From Candidatus Methylomirabilis limnetica (lineage in GTDB: Bacteria > Methylomirabilota > Methylomirabilia > Methylomirabilales > Methylomirabilaceae), in assembly GCF_003044035.1 (NCBI RefSeq), contig NZ_NVQC01000016.1:120001-152000 (forward strand): a stretch of DNA of 32,000 bases, written 5' to 3'. Positions 23,349 to 31,325 of this stretch are shown here, in pieces. The translations under genes were made by a program, and so were the position numbers. Position 1 is the first letter of the stretch; each line of letters starts with the position of its first letter. Below the pieces are notes generated by a model, which made no database searches, was not told the origin of the DNA, and saw only the letters and a list, made by a program, of their open reading frames with translations.

Positions 23349-24556
23349 AGGCCATCATTACAGGAGGTGGGACTGGCGGTCACCTCTTTCCTGCCATTGC
23401 GTTAGCCGAGGAGCTCAGGTCAAGAAGGACAGACGTGTCGCTCCTATTTGTTGGCGTCGAGGGAGGAATTGAGGCATCTTTGCTGGCTACGAGAGGTTGG
23501 GACTTCGAAGGGATCAGGGCTTCCGGCCTACAGGGCAAGCGCCTCCTGTCGCGGCTTAGGAGCCTCACGCTGATCCCCTCAGGCCTCATCCGGGCTCTAT
23601 CGATCCTTAGACGGTTCCGTCCCGATGTTGTGGTTGGGTTTGGTGGCTACGCCTCGGCTGCCATGGTACTGTCGGGAGTGCTTGCGAGGGTCCCGACCGT
23701 GATCCATGAACAGAACGCCTTGCCAGGGCTTGCCAATCGATGGTTGGGGAGGATCGTTGATAGCGTCGCGGTTGCCTTCGAAGAGGCATCTGATTTTTTC
23801 CCCAAGAGTAAGGTGCGGGTGACCGGTAATCCAGTCCGAGCGGAGCTCTTCGGCGTGAGCAGGGCAGAGGCAGCGACCCGCTTGGGTCTCGATCCAAATC
23901 GATTCACCCTTCTGATCTTCGGTGGCAGCCAGGGGGCTCACCGGCTGAACCAGGCGGTTATGGAGGCGCTCCCTAAGCTTACAGACGAGCGAGAGCGGAT
24001 CCAGTTCATCCATGCCACGGGTCCGCGCGACCTTTCTCTTGTCCGGCAAGGGTATGACGCTCTTGGATATTCCGCGGCGGTAGAGCCGTTCTTTCAGGCG
24101 ATGGCCGTGGCGTATGCCATCGCCGACCTCTGTTTCTGTCGGGCCGGCGCCGGCACGGTGGCAGAGCTCTGCGCCCTGGGGAAGCCGTCGGTACTCGTTC
24201 CGTTCCCCTTTGCTGCTAACGATCACCAGCGCTACAATGCTGAAGCGCTGGTCGCCTCCGGCGGAGCCCGGATGGTGCTGGACCACGATCTAAGTGGTGC
24301 CACGGTAGCCGAGATCATACGGACGTTTCTTCGCGACAGAGAGGGACTTGAGGTCATGGCACACAGGGCGAAGAGCTTAGAGAAGCCGGACGCGGCGATC
24401 CGCTTAGCCGATCTCGTGACGCTGACTGCGTGCCAGGCGCCAGGCGCCAAGTTCTACGTCGGGTTCCAGGTTTCACATGCCAGGTTCCACGTTGGAGATC
24501 CGAAACCCAAAACTCGAAACCCAAAACTCGAAACTGGAAACTGCAGCGATGTTTAA
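23345..24556 (+). CDS. murG: UDP-GlcNAc--lipid I N-acetylglucosamine transferase MurG, with a ~40-aa repeat-encoded C-terminal tail
   Basis: GGGTGGHLFPA and FGGSQGA motifs, GTGA overlap with ftsW. Recognisable MurG similarity ends near ...IRLADLVTL (~24425). The frame then reads through the heptamer element to TAA 24554-24556. Confidence 0.92.
   Translation: MKAIITGGGTGGHLFPAIALAEELRSRRTDVSLLFVGVEGGIEASLLATRGWDFEGIRASGLQGKRLLSRLRSLTLIPSGLIRALSILRRFRPDVVVGFGGYASAAMVLSGVLARVPTVIHEQNALPGLANRWLGRIVDSVAVAFEEASDFFPKSKVRVTGNPVRAELFGVSRAEAATRLGLDPNRFTLLIFGGSQGAHRLNQAVMEALPKLTDERERIQFIHATGPRDLSLVRQGYDALGYSAAVEPFFQAMAVAYAIADLCFCRAGAGTVAELCALGKPSVLVPFPFAANDHQRYNAEALVASGGARMVLDHDLSGATVAEIIRTFLRDREGLEVMAHRAKSLEKPDAAIRLADLVTLTACQAPGAKFYVGFQVSHARFHVGDPKPKTRNPKLETGNCSDV
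24451..24542. repeat. Heptamer-array element of the 20745-20840 family: core CACATGCCAGGTTCCACGTT plus six YCRAAAC/TGGAAAC units
   Basis: The core at 24474-24493 is 18 of 20 identical to 20776-20795. ccgaaac ccaaaac tcgaaac ccaaaac tcgaaac tggaaac at 24501-24542. It ends in ggaaactgcagcg just before the murC ATG at 24549. Confidence 0.8.
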
Positions 24557-25928
24557 GAAGATCCGGCACATCCACTTCGTAGGGATTGGGGGAGTCGGGA
24601 TGAGCGGGATTGCCGAAGTTCTCTACAATCTTGGCTATCAGGTTAGCGGCTCCGACCTGAAGGTGTCAGAGCATGCCCTTCGTCTCCGGGAGTTGGGTGT
24701 GACCGTACAGATCGGCCACGATCCCGCCCATGTAATGGATGCCGACGTCGTGGTCCGCTCCTCGGCGGTCTCTCCAGAGAATCCCGAGATTGTCGCGGCG
24801 AAGGTCCATGCTATCCCGGTCATTCAGCGGGCTGAGATGCTGGCCGAGCTGATGCGGATGAAGAAGTATGGCGTGGCCGTTGCCGGCACCCATGGGAAGA
24901 CCACGACAACCTCCATGGTGGCCACGGTCCTGGCCAAGGCTGGCCTTGACCCTACCGTGGTCATCGGGGGCAAGCTGGATGCGCTTGGCAGCAATGCGAA
25001 GCTCGGGCAGGGCGAGTTCATGGTCGCGGAGGCCGATGAGAGCGACGGCTCTTTTCTCAAGCTGGCTCCCACCATCGCTGTGGTGACCACCATCGACGCC
25101 GAGCACCTCGATTACTACCGCGACCTGCAACAGATCAAGGAGACGTTCCTCGAATTCATCAATAAAGTCCCCTTCTACGGCTCCGCTATTCTGTGTCTCG
25201 ATCAAGAAGAGATCCGAGACCTGTTGCCCAGGGTGCAGAAACGCATTGTCTCGTATGCCTGTAACGCGCGGGCTGATTTGACGGCAGAGGGGGTCTCGCT
25301 CACCGGACTCAGCTCCATCTTCAAGGTGAGGTTCAGGGGAGAGCCTCTGGGGGAGGTGCAACTCAGGGTTCCCGGGTTGCACAATGTGTCGAATGCGTTG
25401 GCAGCGATAGCAGTAGGCCTCGAGCTGGAGATCGAATTTGCCGAGATCCGGACGGCGCTCGGGGAGTTCTCCGGTGTCGCTCGGCGCTTCCAGGTGAGGG
25501 GGAGTCCTCAGGACATCATGGTGGTGGACGACTACGCCCATCACCCGGCAGAGATCCAGGCCACGCTACAGGCGGCCAGGGCTGGATTTGAGCGGCGACT
25601 GATCGCCGTCTTCCAGCCGCATCGTTATACCAGGACCTTCAGGCTCCTCCCCGAGTTTGCTTCCGCTTTCGATCTGGCCGATCAGGTGATCATCACCGAG
25701 ATCTACCCGGCGGGAGAGGCGCCGATTGTCGGCGTCTCCGGCAGACAGCTTGCGGACGTGATTGCCAGCCGGAGAGGGCCAAAGGTCCTGTACGTGGAAC
25801 GCAAGGAGGAGATCCCGGATCGGGTCGTTGATCTGGCCCGTCCTGGCGACCTGGTCATCACTATGGGCGCGGGAGACATCTGGAAGGCCAGCGAGCAGAT
25901 TGTCGGCCGACTGCAAGAAAGGGTATAG
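24549..25928 (+). CDS. murC: UDP-N-acetylmuramate--L-alanine ligase
   Basis: MFKKIRHIHFVGIGGVGMSGIAE is a canonical MurC N-terminus, with a GTHGKTTTT P-loop. The track start at 24477 lies inside the repeat element. Confidence 0.94.
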   Translation: MFKKIRHIHFVGIGGVGMSGIAEVLYNLGYQVSGSDLKVSEHALRLRELGVTVQIGHDPAHVMDADVVVRSSAVSPENPEIVAAKVHAIPVIQRAEMLAELMRMKKYGVAVAGTHGKTTTTSMVATVLAKAGLDPTVVIGGKLDALGSNAKLGQGEFMVAEADESDGSFLKLAPTIAVVTTIDAEHLDYYRDLQQIKETFLEFINKVPFYGSAILCLDQEEIRDLLPRVQKRIVSYACNARADLTAEGVSLTGLSSIFKVRFRGEPLGEVQLRVPGLHNVSNALAAIAVGLELEIEFAEIRTALGEFSGVARRFQVRGSPQDIMVVDDYAHHPAEIQATLQAARAGFERRLIAVFQPHRYTRTFRLLPEFASAFDLADQVIITEIYPAGEAPIVGVSGRQLADVIASRRGPKVLYVERKEEIPDRVVDLARPGDLVITMGAGDIWKASEQIVGRLQERV

Positions 25929-26007
25929 GGTAGAGGGTGGAGGGTATAGGGTTTAGGAAAAGCACTGATGCTGAGGTTTATACCCTACACCCTAAACCCT
26001 ATACCCT
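25920..26007. repeat. AGGGTAT-family inverted heptamer arrays forming a periodic hairpin; contains the murC stop
   Basis: agggtat agggtag agggtgg agggtat agggttt (25920-25954), a ~25-nt loop, then ataccct acaccct aaaccct ataccct (25980-26007). 5-6 of every 7 nt are complementary. Confidence 0.88.
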
Positions 26008-26011
26008 AACT

Positions 26012-26950
26012 ATGAGGGTACAGGAGATGGCGGCGGGGCAGCTCAAGTTGTCGGAACGGCTTCGAGGCGTGATCAAGGGAACGATCCTCACTGAAGAGCC
26101 GCTCTCCCTGCACACCTACTTCCGGATCGGCGGCCCAGCCGAGGCGATGGTCTACCCTGCTGGCCTTGAAGATCTGAAAGCCTTACTCAAGGTGGCGCGG
26201 GACGAGGCGATTCCTCTCCTGATCCTCGGTGGTGGAAGTAACGTGCTGGTGTTAGATGGAGGGGTCAGGGGTCTGGTCATCAACCTCTCACGAACCTTCC
26301 TGGAGCTTGAGGTCTCCGGCGAACAGATCAGGTGTGGGGCCAGTGTGCGGACAAGCCGTCTGCTGGCCTTCTCTGCAATGAGCAGCTTGACCGGTCTCGA
26401 AGGGCTGTCAGGTGTGCCGGGAACCGTCGGAGGGGCGATCAAGGGGAATGCCGGGACGCCATTAGGCGCCATCGTCGATCATCTTGACTGGATTCGCCTT
26501 GTGGACGGCTTAGGCGAGGAGCAACATCTTACGCGGGAGGAGCTCGGCCCGGTTTACAGACACTGTACCATTCCGGCAGGTTCAGCGATCGTTGAGGCCT
26601 GTTTCACGCTTCGGAGGGGAAGGGCGGCAGAGATCAGGGGGACGATCTCGACGTTGCTGGCGAGGAGGAATCTGACGCAACCTGTGGAGGTCAGGTCCGC
26701 CGGTTGTTTCTTCAAGAACCCTCCGGGGGACTTCGCGGGGCGTCTGGTAGAGCAGGCGGGGCTAAAGGGACTGCGGCGAGGAGGAGCCCAGATCTCTGAG
26801 AAACACGGTAACTTTATCGTGAATCTCGGCGGGGCTACGGCGGCAGATGTGTTATGGCTAATCGAGCGAGCCAGAGCCCTAGTGATGGTCAAGACAGGAG
26901 TGGAGCTTGAACTGGAGATCCAGGTCGTCGGATCGCCCACCGCGAGTTGA
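26012..26950 (+). CDS. murB: UDP-N-acetylenolpyruvoylglucosamine reductase
   Basis: FAD-binding PCMH-type region (LHTYFRIGGPAE, LILGGGSNVL), GVPGTVGGA, and the C-terminal MurB domain (GCFFKNP, SEKHGNFIVN). ATG 26027 (GAGG 8 nt upstream) is an alternative start. The track start at 25937 is inside the repeat. Confidence 0.92.
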   Translation: MRVQEMAAGQLKLSERLRGVIKGTILTEEPLSLHTYFRIGGPAEAMVYPAGLEDLKALLKVARDEAIPLLILGGGSNVLVLDGGVRGLVINLSRTFLELEVSGEQIRCGASVRTSRLLAFSAMSSLTGLEGLSGVPGTVGGAIKGNAGTPLGAIVDHLDWIRLVDGLGEEQHLTREELGPVYRHCTIPAGSAIVEACFTLRRGRAAEIRGTISTLLARRNLTQPVEVRSAGCFFKNPPGDFAGRLVEQAGLKGLRRGGAQISEKHGNFIVNLGGATAADVLWLIERARALVMVKTGVELELEIQVVGSPTAS

Positions 26951-27809
26951 TGAGGGTGTTGGATTTCGCCCAAATCGGCGCTTCCTGAGATTGGTACCGG
27001 CGAGATCAGGATGGTGGCGGAAGGACGTGACTCGCAAGGGCCGAAGGATTGATTCGCGCCTCAGGTGGGGTGCGAACGCAACCATCCTCTCTGTGCTGCT
27101 GGTCGTGCTTGGATGGCTGGTTTGGCAGCAGGTTCCACGCACTACGCCCATGCGCTATTTTCTGATTAGCGATCTCATCGTTGAAGGAAACAGACAAGTG
27201 CCTACAGCGGCGATTATCGATAGCTTGGCCCTGCCCGCCCATGCTGGCATCCTCCAGGTCGATTTGAAGGAGGTGGCGGCGGCCATTCTACGCAATCCCT
27301 GGATCAAAACGGCCAGGGTGAGCAGACGTCTTCCAGCAACCCTACTGGTTCACGTGTCGGAGCGCGCGCCATCCGCAGTTGTGGCGGTAGATCGTCCCTA
27401 CCTCGTCAGTGAGGATGGGCTCATCCTGCAGGAGGCTTCACCCGCGGAGATGTCCGACCTCCCGATGTTGAAGCTCCACGCCGATCACCCACTCGAGACG
27501 GGGGGGCGGATCGATCCCGCTCGCATCGAACAGGGGATTTATCTATGGCAGCGGTTTCATCAGGGCGCCTTAGGACCGGATGTGCAGGTGAGAGAGATTC
27601 AATTGGAGGGCGATGGGAGCTACACCGTTTTACTGGACCACGGGTTGCCATACCTGCGTTTCGGAGAGAAGGATGGCTTGCAGCAGCAGTTGGATCGGTT
27701 GGCGCGGGCGCTTGAGATGCGCGGGACCACCCTGCGCGAGTTGGAATATGTCGATCTCAGATTCTCCGATAAGGTCATCGTGAAGCCGCTTCCGAAGGAG
27801 GGCGCATGA
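26907..27809 (+). CDS. ftsQ: Cell division protein FtsQ (POTRA domain)
   Basis: Basic N-terminus, one TM helix (ATILSVLLVVLGWLVW), and POTRA-like IVEGNRQV...V...P.IKTARVSRRLP.TL.V.V.ER. The start is uncertain: ATG 26907 overlaps murB by 44 nt, and in-frame GTG 26958 or 27027 are possible. Confidence 0.85.
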   Translation: MNWRSRSSDRPPRVDEGVGFRPNRRFLRLVPARSGWWRKDVTRKGRRIDSRLRWGANATILSVLLVVLGWLVWQQVPRTTPMRYFLISDLIVEGNRQVPTAAIIDSLALPAHAGILQVDLKEVAAAILRNPWIKTARVSRRLPATLLVHVSERAPSAVVAVDRPYLVSEDGLILQEASPAEMSDLPMLKLHADHPLETGGRIDPARIEQGIYLWQRFHQGALGPDVQVREIQLEGDGSYTVLLDHGLPYLRFGEKDGLQQQLDRLARALEMRGTTLRELEYVDLRFSDKVIVKPLPKEGA

Positions 27810-29041
27810 CCCGAAGGGGCGAGCTCGTGATAGGGCTCGACATCGGCACGACCAAGATCTGCGTCATCGTCGCTGAAGTGACGGAGAACGGGGTCGAAAT
27901 CGTCGGATGCGGGATCAGTCCATCGCGGGGCCTGAAGAAGGGCATCGTCGTCAACATCGATGTGACCGTTGAGTCGATCAAGCAAGCAGTCGAGGCAGCG
28001 GAGGCGATGGCAGGAGTCGCCCTGGATTCCGCATTTGTGGGGATCGCCGGAGGCCACATCAAGGGGATTAATAGCCGGGGGGTCATCGCTATCTCCGGTA
28101 AGAACCAGGAGATCACTCAGAGCGATGTGGATCGGGTCATTGAGGCGGCCAAGGCCATCACGCTGCCTGCCGATCGCCGAGTGATCCACGTCATCCCGCA
28201 AGAGTTCATTATCGACGATCAGGGGGGGGTGAAGGAACCGGTTGGAATGAGCGGATCTCGGCTCGAGGCCGAGATCCATATCGTGACGGGAGCCGTCGCC
28301 TCGGCAGAAAATATCATCAAGTGCGCGACCAGGGCTGGGCTGGAGGTGCGGGATATCGTGTTGCAGCCGCTGGCCTCCAGTGAAGCGACGCTGACCGCAG
28401 ATGAAAAAGAGTTGGGAGTGATCCTGATAGATATCGGCGGCGGGACCACTGATATCGCTGTCTTCGTGGATGGGAGCATCCGCCACACTGCGGTGCTGCC
28501 GCTGGGCGGCGACCATCTGACCCATGACATTGCCATTGGACTCAGGACCCCTCCCCAGTGTGCCGAGCAGATCAAGCGCCAGTACGGTTGCGCCCTGGCC
28601 TCTCTCGTGGTGGGTGAGGATGCGGTGGAGGTCCCGAGCGTTGGCGGCCGTAAGCCTCGTCTGCTCTCGCGGCAGATGTTGTGCGAGATCGTTCAGCCAA
28701 GAATGGTGGAGATCCTCACATATGCAAGTCAGGAAGTGAAACGAGCCGGGCTGATGCAACAGATAGCCGCCGGGGTTGTGGTCACTGGTGGATCCTCGGC
28801 GATGACGGGTGTGCCGGAGCTAGCCGAACAGATCTTCGACCTGCCGGTGCGGCTGGGGATACCGTCTGGCGTTGGCGGCTTGAAGGAAGTGGTAAGCTCA
28901 CCGATGCATGCAACCGGCGTGGGCCTGGTGCTGTACGGCGCGGCGCATCTTAACCAGCATCGGTTTAGCAGGCCATCAGAACAAAGCCTGGTGGACAAGA
29001 TCATCAAGCGGATGAGGCAGTGGTTTAGCGATTTTCTGTAA
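27806..29041 (+). CDS. ftsA: Cell division protein FtsA
   Basis: 411 aa actin-like ATPase (GLDIGTTKI, DIGGGTTD) with a C-terminal amphipathic helix (KIIKRMRQWFSDFL). ATGA overlap with ftsQ. Confidence 0.96.
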   Translation: MTRRGELVIGLDIGTTKICVIVAEVTENGVEIVGCGISPSRGLKKGIVVNIDVTVESIKQAVEAAEAMAGVALDSAFVGIAGGHIKGINSRGVIAISGKNQEITQSDVDRVIEAAKAITLPADRRVIHVIPQEFIIDDQGGVKEPVGMSGSRLEAEIHIVTGAVASAENIIKCATRAGLEVRDIVLQPLASSEATLTADEKELGVILIDIGGGTTDIAVFVDGSIRHTAVLPLGGDHLTHDIAIGLRTPPQCAEQIKRQYGCALASLVVGEDAVEVPSVGGRKPRLLSRQMLCEIVQPRMVEILTYASQEVKRAGLMQQIAAGVVVTGGSSAMTGVPELAEQIFDLPVRLGIPSGVGGLKEVVSSPMHATGVGLVLYGAAHLNQHRFSRPSEQSLVDKIIKRMRQWFSDFL

Positions 29042-29080
29042 GTTCCAACATCCAATAACCGCTTTCGGGGGGAGGTGGAA

Positions 29081-30256
29081 ATGCCATTTGCGCTGGAGAT
29101 CGATGCCGAGCACGCGGCCAAGATCAAGGTGATCGGAGTTGGGGGCGGGGGATCCAATGCGGTAAATCGGATGTCGACATCGAATTTTACCGGGGTTGAT
29201 TTCTTTATAGTCAACACTGACACGCAAGCGCTCAGGATGTCTTCCGTGGGCGCCAAGCTTCAGATCGGCGCCAACGTCACTGGGGGTCGTGGAGCAGGGG
29301 CGAATCCGGAGATCGGGCGACAAGCGGCGCTTGAGGATACCGACAAGATCCGAGCCCTCTTGGAAGGCGCTGACATGGTGTTTATCACCGCTGGTATGGG
29401 TGGCGGGACAGGAACCGGCGCCGCGCCTATCATCGCGAATCTCGCCAAAGAGTTGGGCATCCTGACAGTTGGGGTAGTGACCAAGCCATTCGGCTTCGAG
29501 GGCAAGACCAGAGAGGTTCAAGCAGCCCGGGGACTTGCTGCGCTGTGCGAGAGCGTCGATGCCTTGATCACTATCCCGAACCAGCGGCTGCTACAGGTGG
29601 TGGAGCGACAGACCTCGCTGACCGATGCTTTTAAGATTGCCGACGATGTATTGCGCCAGGCGGTGCAAGGGATTGCAGACCTCATTGTGGTGCCGGGTCT
29701 GATCAACCTGGACTTTGCCGATGTCAAGACCATTATGGCGCAGCGTGGGATTGCGATGATGGGCATCGGAGTTGCGTCAGGGGAGAGCGCAGCCTCCGAA
29801 GCTGCCGCAAGAGCTATTAACAGCCCGCTCCTGGAAAATATTTCAATCGATGGCGCCAGGGGCGTCCTCATTAACATCACCGGCGGTCCGACGCTCTCAT
29901 TGTACGAGGTGAACGAGGCCAGCTCTACGATCTCTATGGCGGCCCATCAAGATGCTAACATCATTTTCGGAGCGGTGATCGACGAATCGCTCAACGATGA
30001 AGTCTGTGTGACGGTGATTGCCACCGGGTTCGAGGCCACTACCGCGGTGAGAGAGGATGGGTCCTCAAATATGGTCGAAATGAAGATGTACGCATCCAGA
30101 GCAGCGGAGCGTGGAGGTTTCCTTAGGAAGCGCGGGGCGGTTGGGCATGAGACCTCCGATGATCAATTTAATCTCCGCGATCTGGAGCTCAGACCCCAGG
30201 ACCTTAATGAGGACGAGCTGGACATCCCGACCTTTTTGCGGCGCCAAGCCGATTAA
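29081..30256 (+). CDS. ftsZ: Cell division GTPase FtsZ
   Basis: [17 protein letters not shown], the tubulin signature [10 protein letters not shown], and the conserved C-terminal peptide [12 protein letters not shown] 29081 has a GGAGG SD 5 nt upstream; the track's GTG 29075 is 2 codons longer. Confidence 0.97.
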   Translation: MPFALEIDAEHAAKIKVIGVGGGGSNAVNRMSTSNFTGVDFFIVNTDTQALRMSSVGAKLQIGANVTGGRGAGANPEIGRQAALEDTDKIRALLEGADMVFITAGMGGGTGTGAAPIIANLAKELGILTVGVVTKPFGFEGKTREVQAARGLAALCESVDALITIPNQRLLQVVERQTSLTDAFKIADDVLRQAVQGIADLIVVPGLINLDFADVKTIMAQRGIAMMGIGVASGESAASEAAARAINSPLLENISIDGARGVLINITGGPTLSLYEVNEASSTISMAAHQDANIIFGAVIDESLNDEVCVTVIATGFEATTAVREDGSSNMVEMKMYASRAAERGGFLRKRGAVGHETSDDQFNLRDLELRPQDLNEDELDIPTFLRRQAD

Positions 30257-30310
30257 CCATTCCCGGAAAAGCTCTTCCTCGATGCGAGCCATGGAAGGGA
30301 GGATGCGTCA

Positions 30311-30505
30311 ATGAGGCGACTTAGCATACTGTTCAGGCTACTTCTATGTTCAGGCAGTTTGACGGTGACCTGTCCACACTGCTTGTTGCCGATCGGCGGA
30401 TCGGAGAATGTCTGTCCGAACTGTCGTCGGCTGTTACGGTTTGAGGGGATTGCGGAGCTCCGGGCGAATAGCCATCCGGATCACGCCTTACGGCGGTGCG
30501 CGTAG
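30311..30505 (+). CDS. Small hypothetical protein with a CPHC-x10-CPNC zinc-ribbon-like motif
   Basis: 64 aa. GGGAGGA SD 8 nt upstream of the ATG. Third-position GC of about 64% fits coding sequence. I recognise no family. Confidence 0.5.
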   Translation: MRRLSILFRLLLCSGSLTVTCPHCLLPIGGSENVCPNCRRLLRFEGIAELRANSHPDHALRRCA

Positions 30506-30529
30506 GGGCGGGGGTGAAGAAGGGTAAGC

Positions 30530-31228
30530 TTGGCGGAACGGGTGAGAGATCGGGTTGAGCAGGTAAGGCGTCGGATGGCCGAGGCGGCCCGCCGCGCCGG
30601 TCGGGACCCTGATGAGGTGGAGCTGGTTGCCGTCACCAAGACCGTGTCGGTTCCCCTTATCCGAGAGGCGGTTGATGCTGGTGCGATACTGCTGGGCGAG
30701 AATAGGGTTCAAGAGGCTTCGGAGAAGATTGCCCTCCTGAGCTCGCTCCCGGTCACATGGCATCTGATCGGTCATTTACAGACGAATAAGAGTCGCTCTG
30801 CTGCCGAGATGTTTGATCTGATCCATTCGCTCGACTCTTTGAGGCTTGCTGCCGCTCTGGACCGGCAGGGGGCATCTTTACGGAAGCAGGTACGGGTTCT
30901 CGTAGAGGTAAACCTGGAGGGAGAGCCCAGTAAGTCCGGCATCATTGAAACTGACCTCTTGCCTTTGCTCCAAGCCTGCCGGCAGTTTACGCATCTGGCT
31001 GTCGAAGGCCTGATGGCGATCCCACCATTCCGCAGGAATCCTCAGGAAGTCCGTCCTTTCTTTCGGAAGCTCCGGTGGTTACGAGATCAGGCGGCTAAGG
31101 CCTGCCCCGACTATCCTCTCCGCCACCTCTCAATGGGGATGAGCCACGATTACGAGATCGCCATCGAAGAGGGAGCAACGCTGGTACGAGTCGGTACGGC
31201 GATCTTTGAGGAAAGGCCCGTAATTTAA
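30530..31228 (+). CDS. yggS: YggS/YlmE-family pyridoxal-phosphate homeostasis protein
   Basis: 232 aa. VAVTKT (PLP lysine), GENRVQE, HLIGHLQTNK, SMGMSHDY and VRVGTAIF motifs. TTG start at 30530 (GTG 30542 or ATG 30575 are alternatives). Confidence 0.92.
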   Translation: MAERVRDRVEQVRRRMAEAARRAGRDPDEVELVAVTKTVSVPLIREAVDAGAILLGENRVQEASEKIALLSSLPVTWHLIGHLQTNKSRSAAEMFDLIHSLDSLRLAAALDRQGASLRKQVRVLVEVNLEGEPSKSGIIETDLLPLLQACRQFTHLAVEGLMAIPPFRRNPQEVRPFFRKLRWLRDQAAKACPDYPLRHLSMGMSHDYEIAIEEGATLVRVGTAIFEERPVI

Positions 31229-31325
31229 GGCTCGTAAATTGTCGTTGACCATGAGCATGTCTCATCCGCCTGCTTCGCTCTGCGAGAGGACATAGCAGGC
31301 GCCCTAGGACATATTAGGAGGAGAG

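Noticed and set aside
25920-26007. Whether the short repeat arrays (here and at 4281, 20745 and 24501) could be CRISPR arrays
   Set aside because: The units are 7 nt and directly abutting, with no spacers. There are no 24-48-nt repeats, no leader and no cas genes in the window.
2434-28759. Long minus-strand ORFs (for example 2434-3234, 6519-7244, 8582-9388, 9324-10004, 10381-11214, 18359-19483, 20070-20957, 24666-25544, 27620-28759)
   Set aside because: Each lies antisense to a + strand gene with unambiguous family motifs. Their translations are Arg/Pro/Gly/His-rich with no recognisable domains, so they are shadow ORFs expected at this GC content.
30311-30373. Lipoprotein or signal peptide reading of the small ORF N-terminus (MRRLSILFRLLLCSGS)
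   Set aside because: LLLC has Leu at the -1 position, a poor lipobox. The following cysteines fit a CxxC zinc-knuckle pattern better. It cannot be decided without a predictor.
31246-31300. Imperfect palindromes (atgagcatgtctcat; gcctgct...agcaggc) upstream of the CoA-ligase gene as an operator or terminator
   Set aside because: The stems are short and imperfect, there is no U-tract, and no adjacent regulator gene or recognisable promoter elements. This is not distinguishable from chance.
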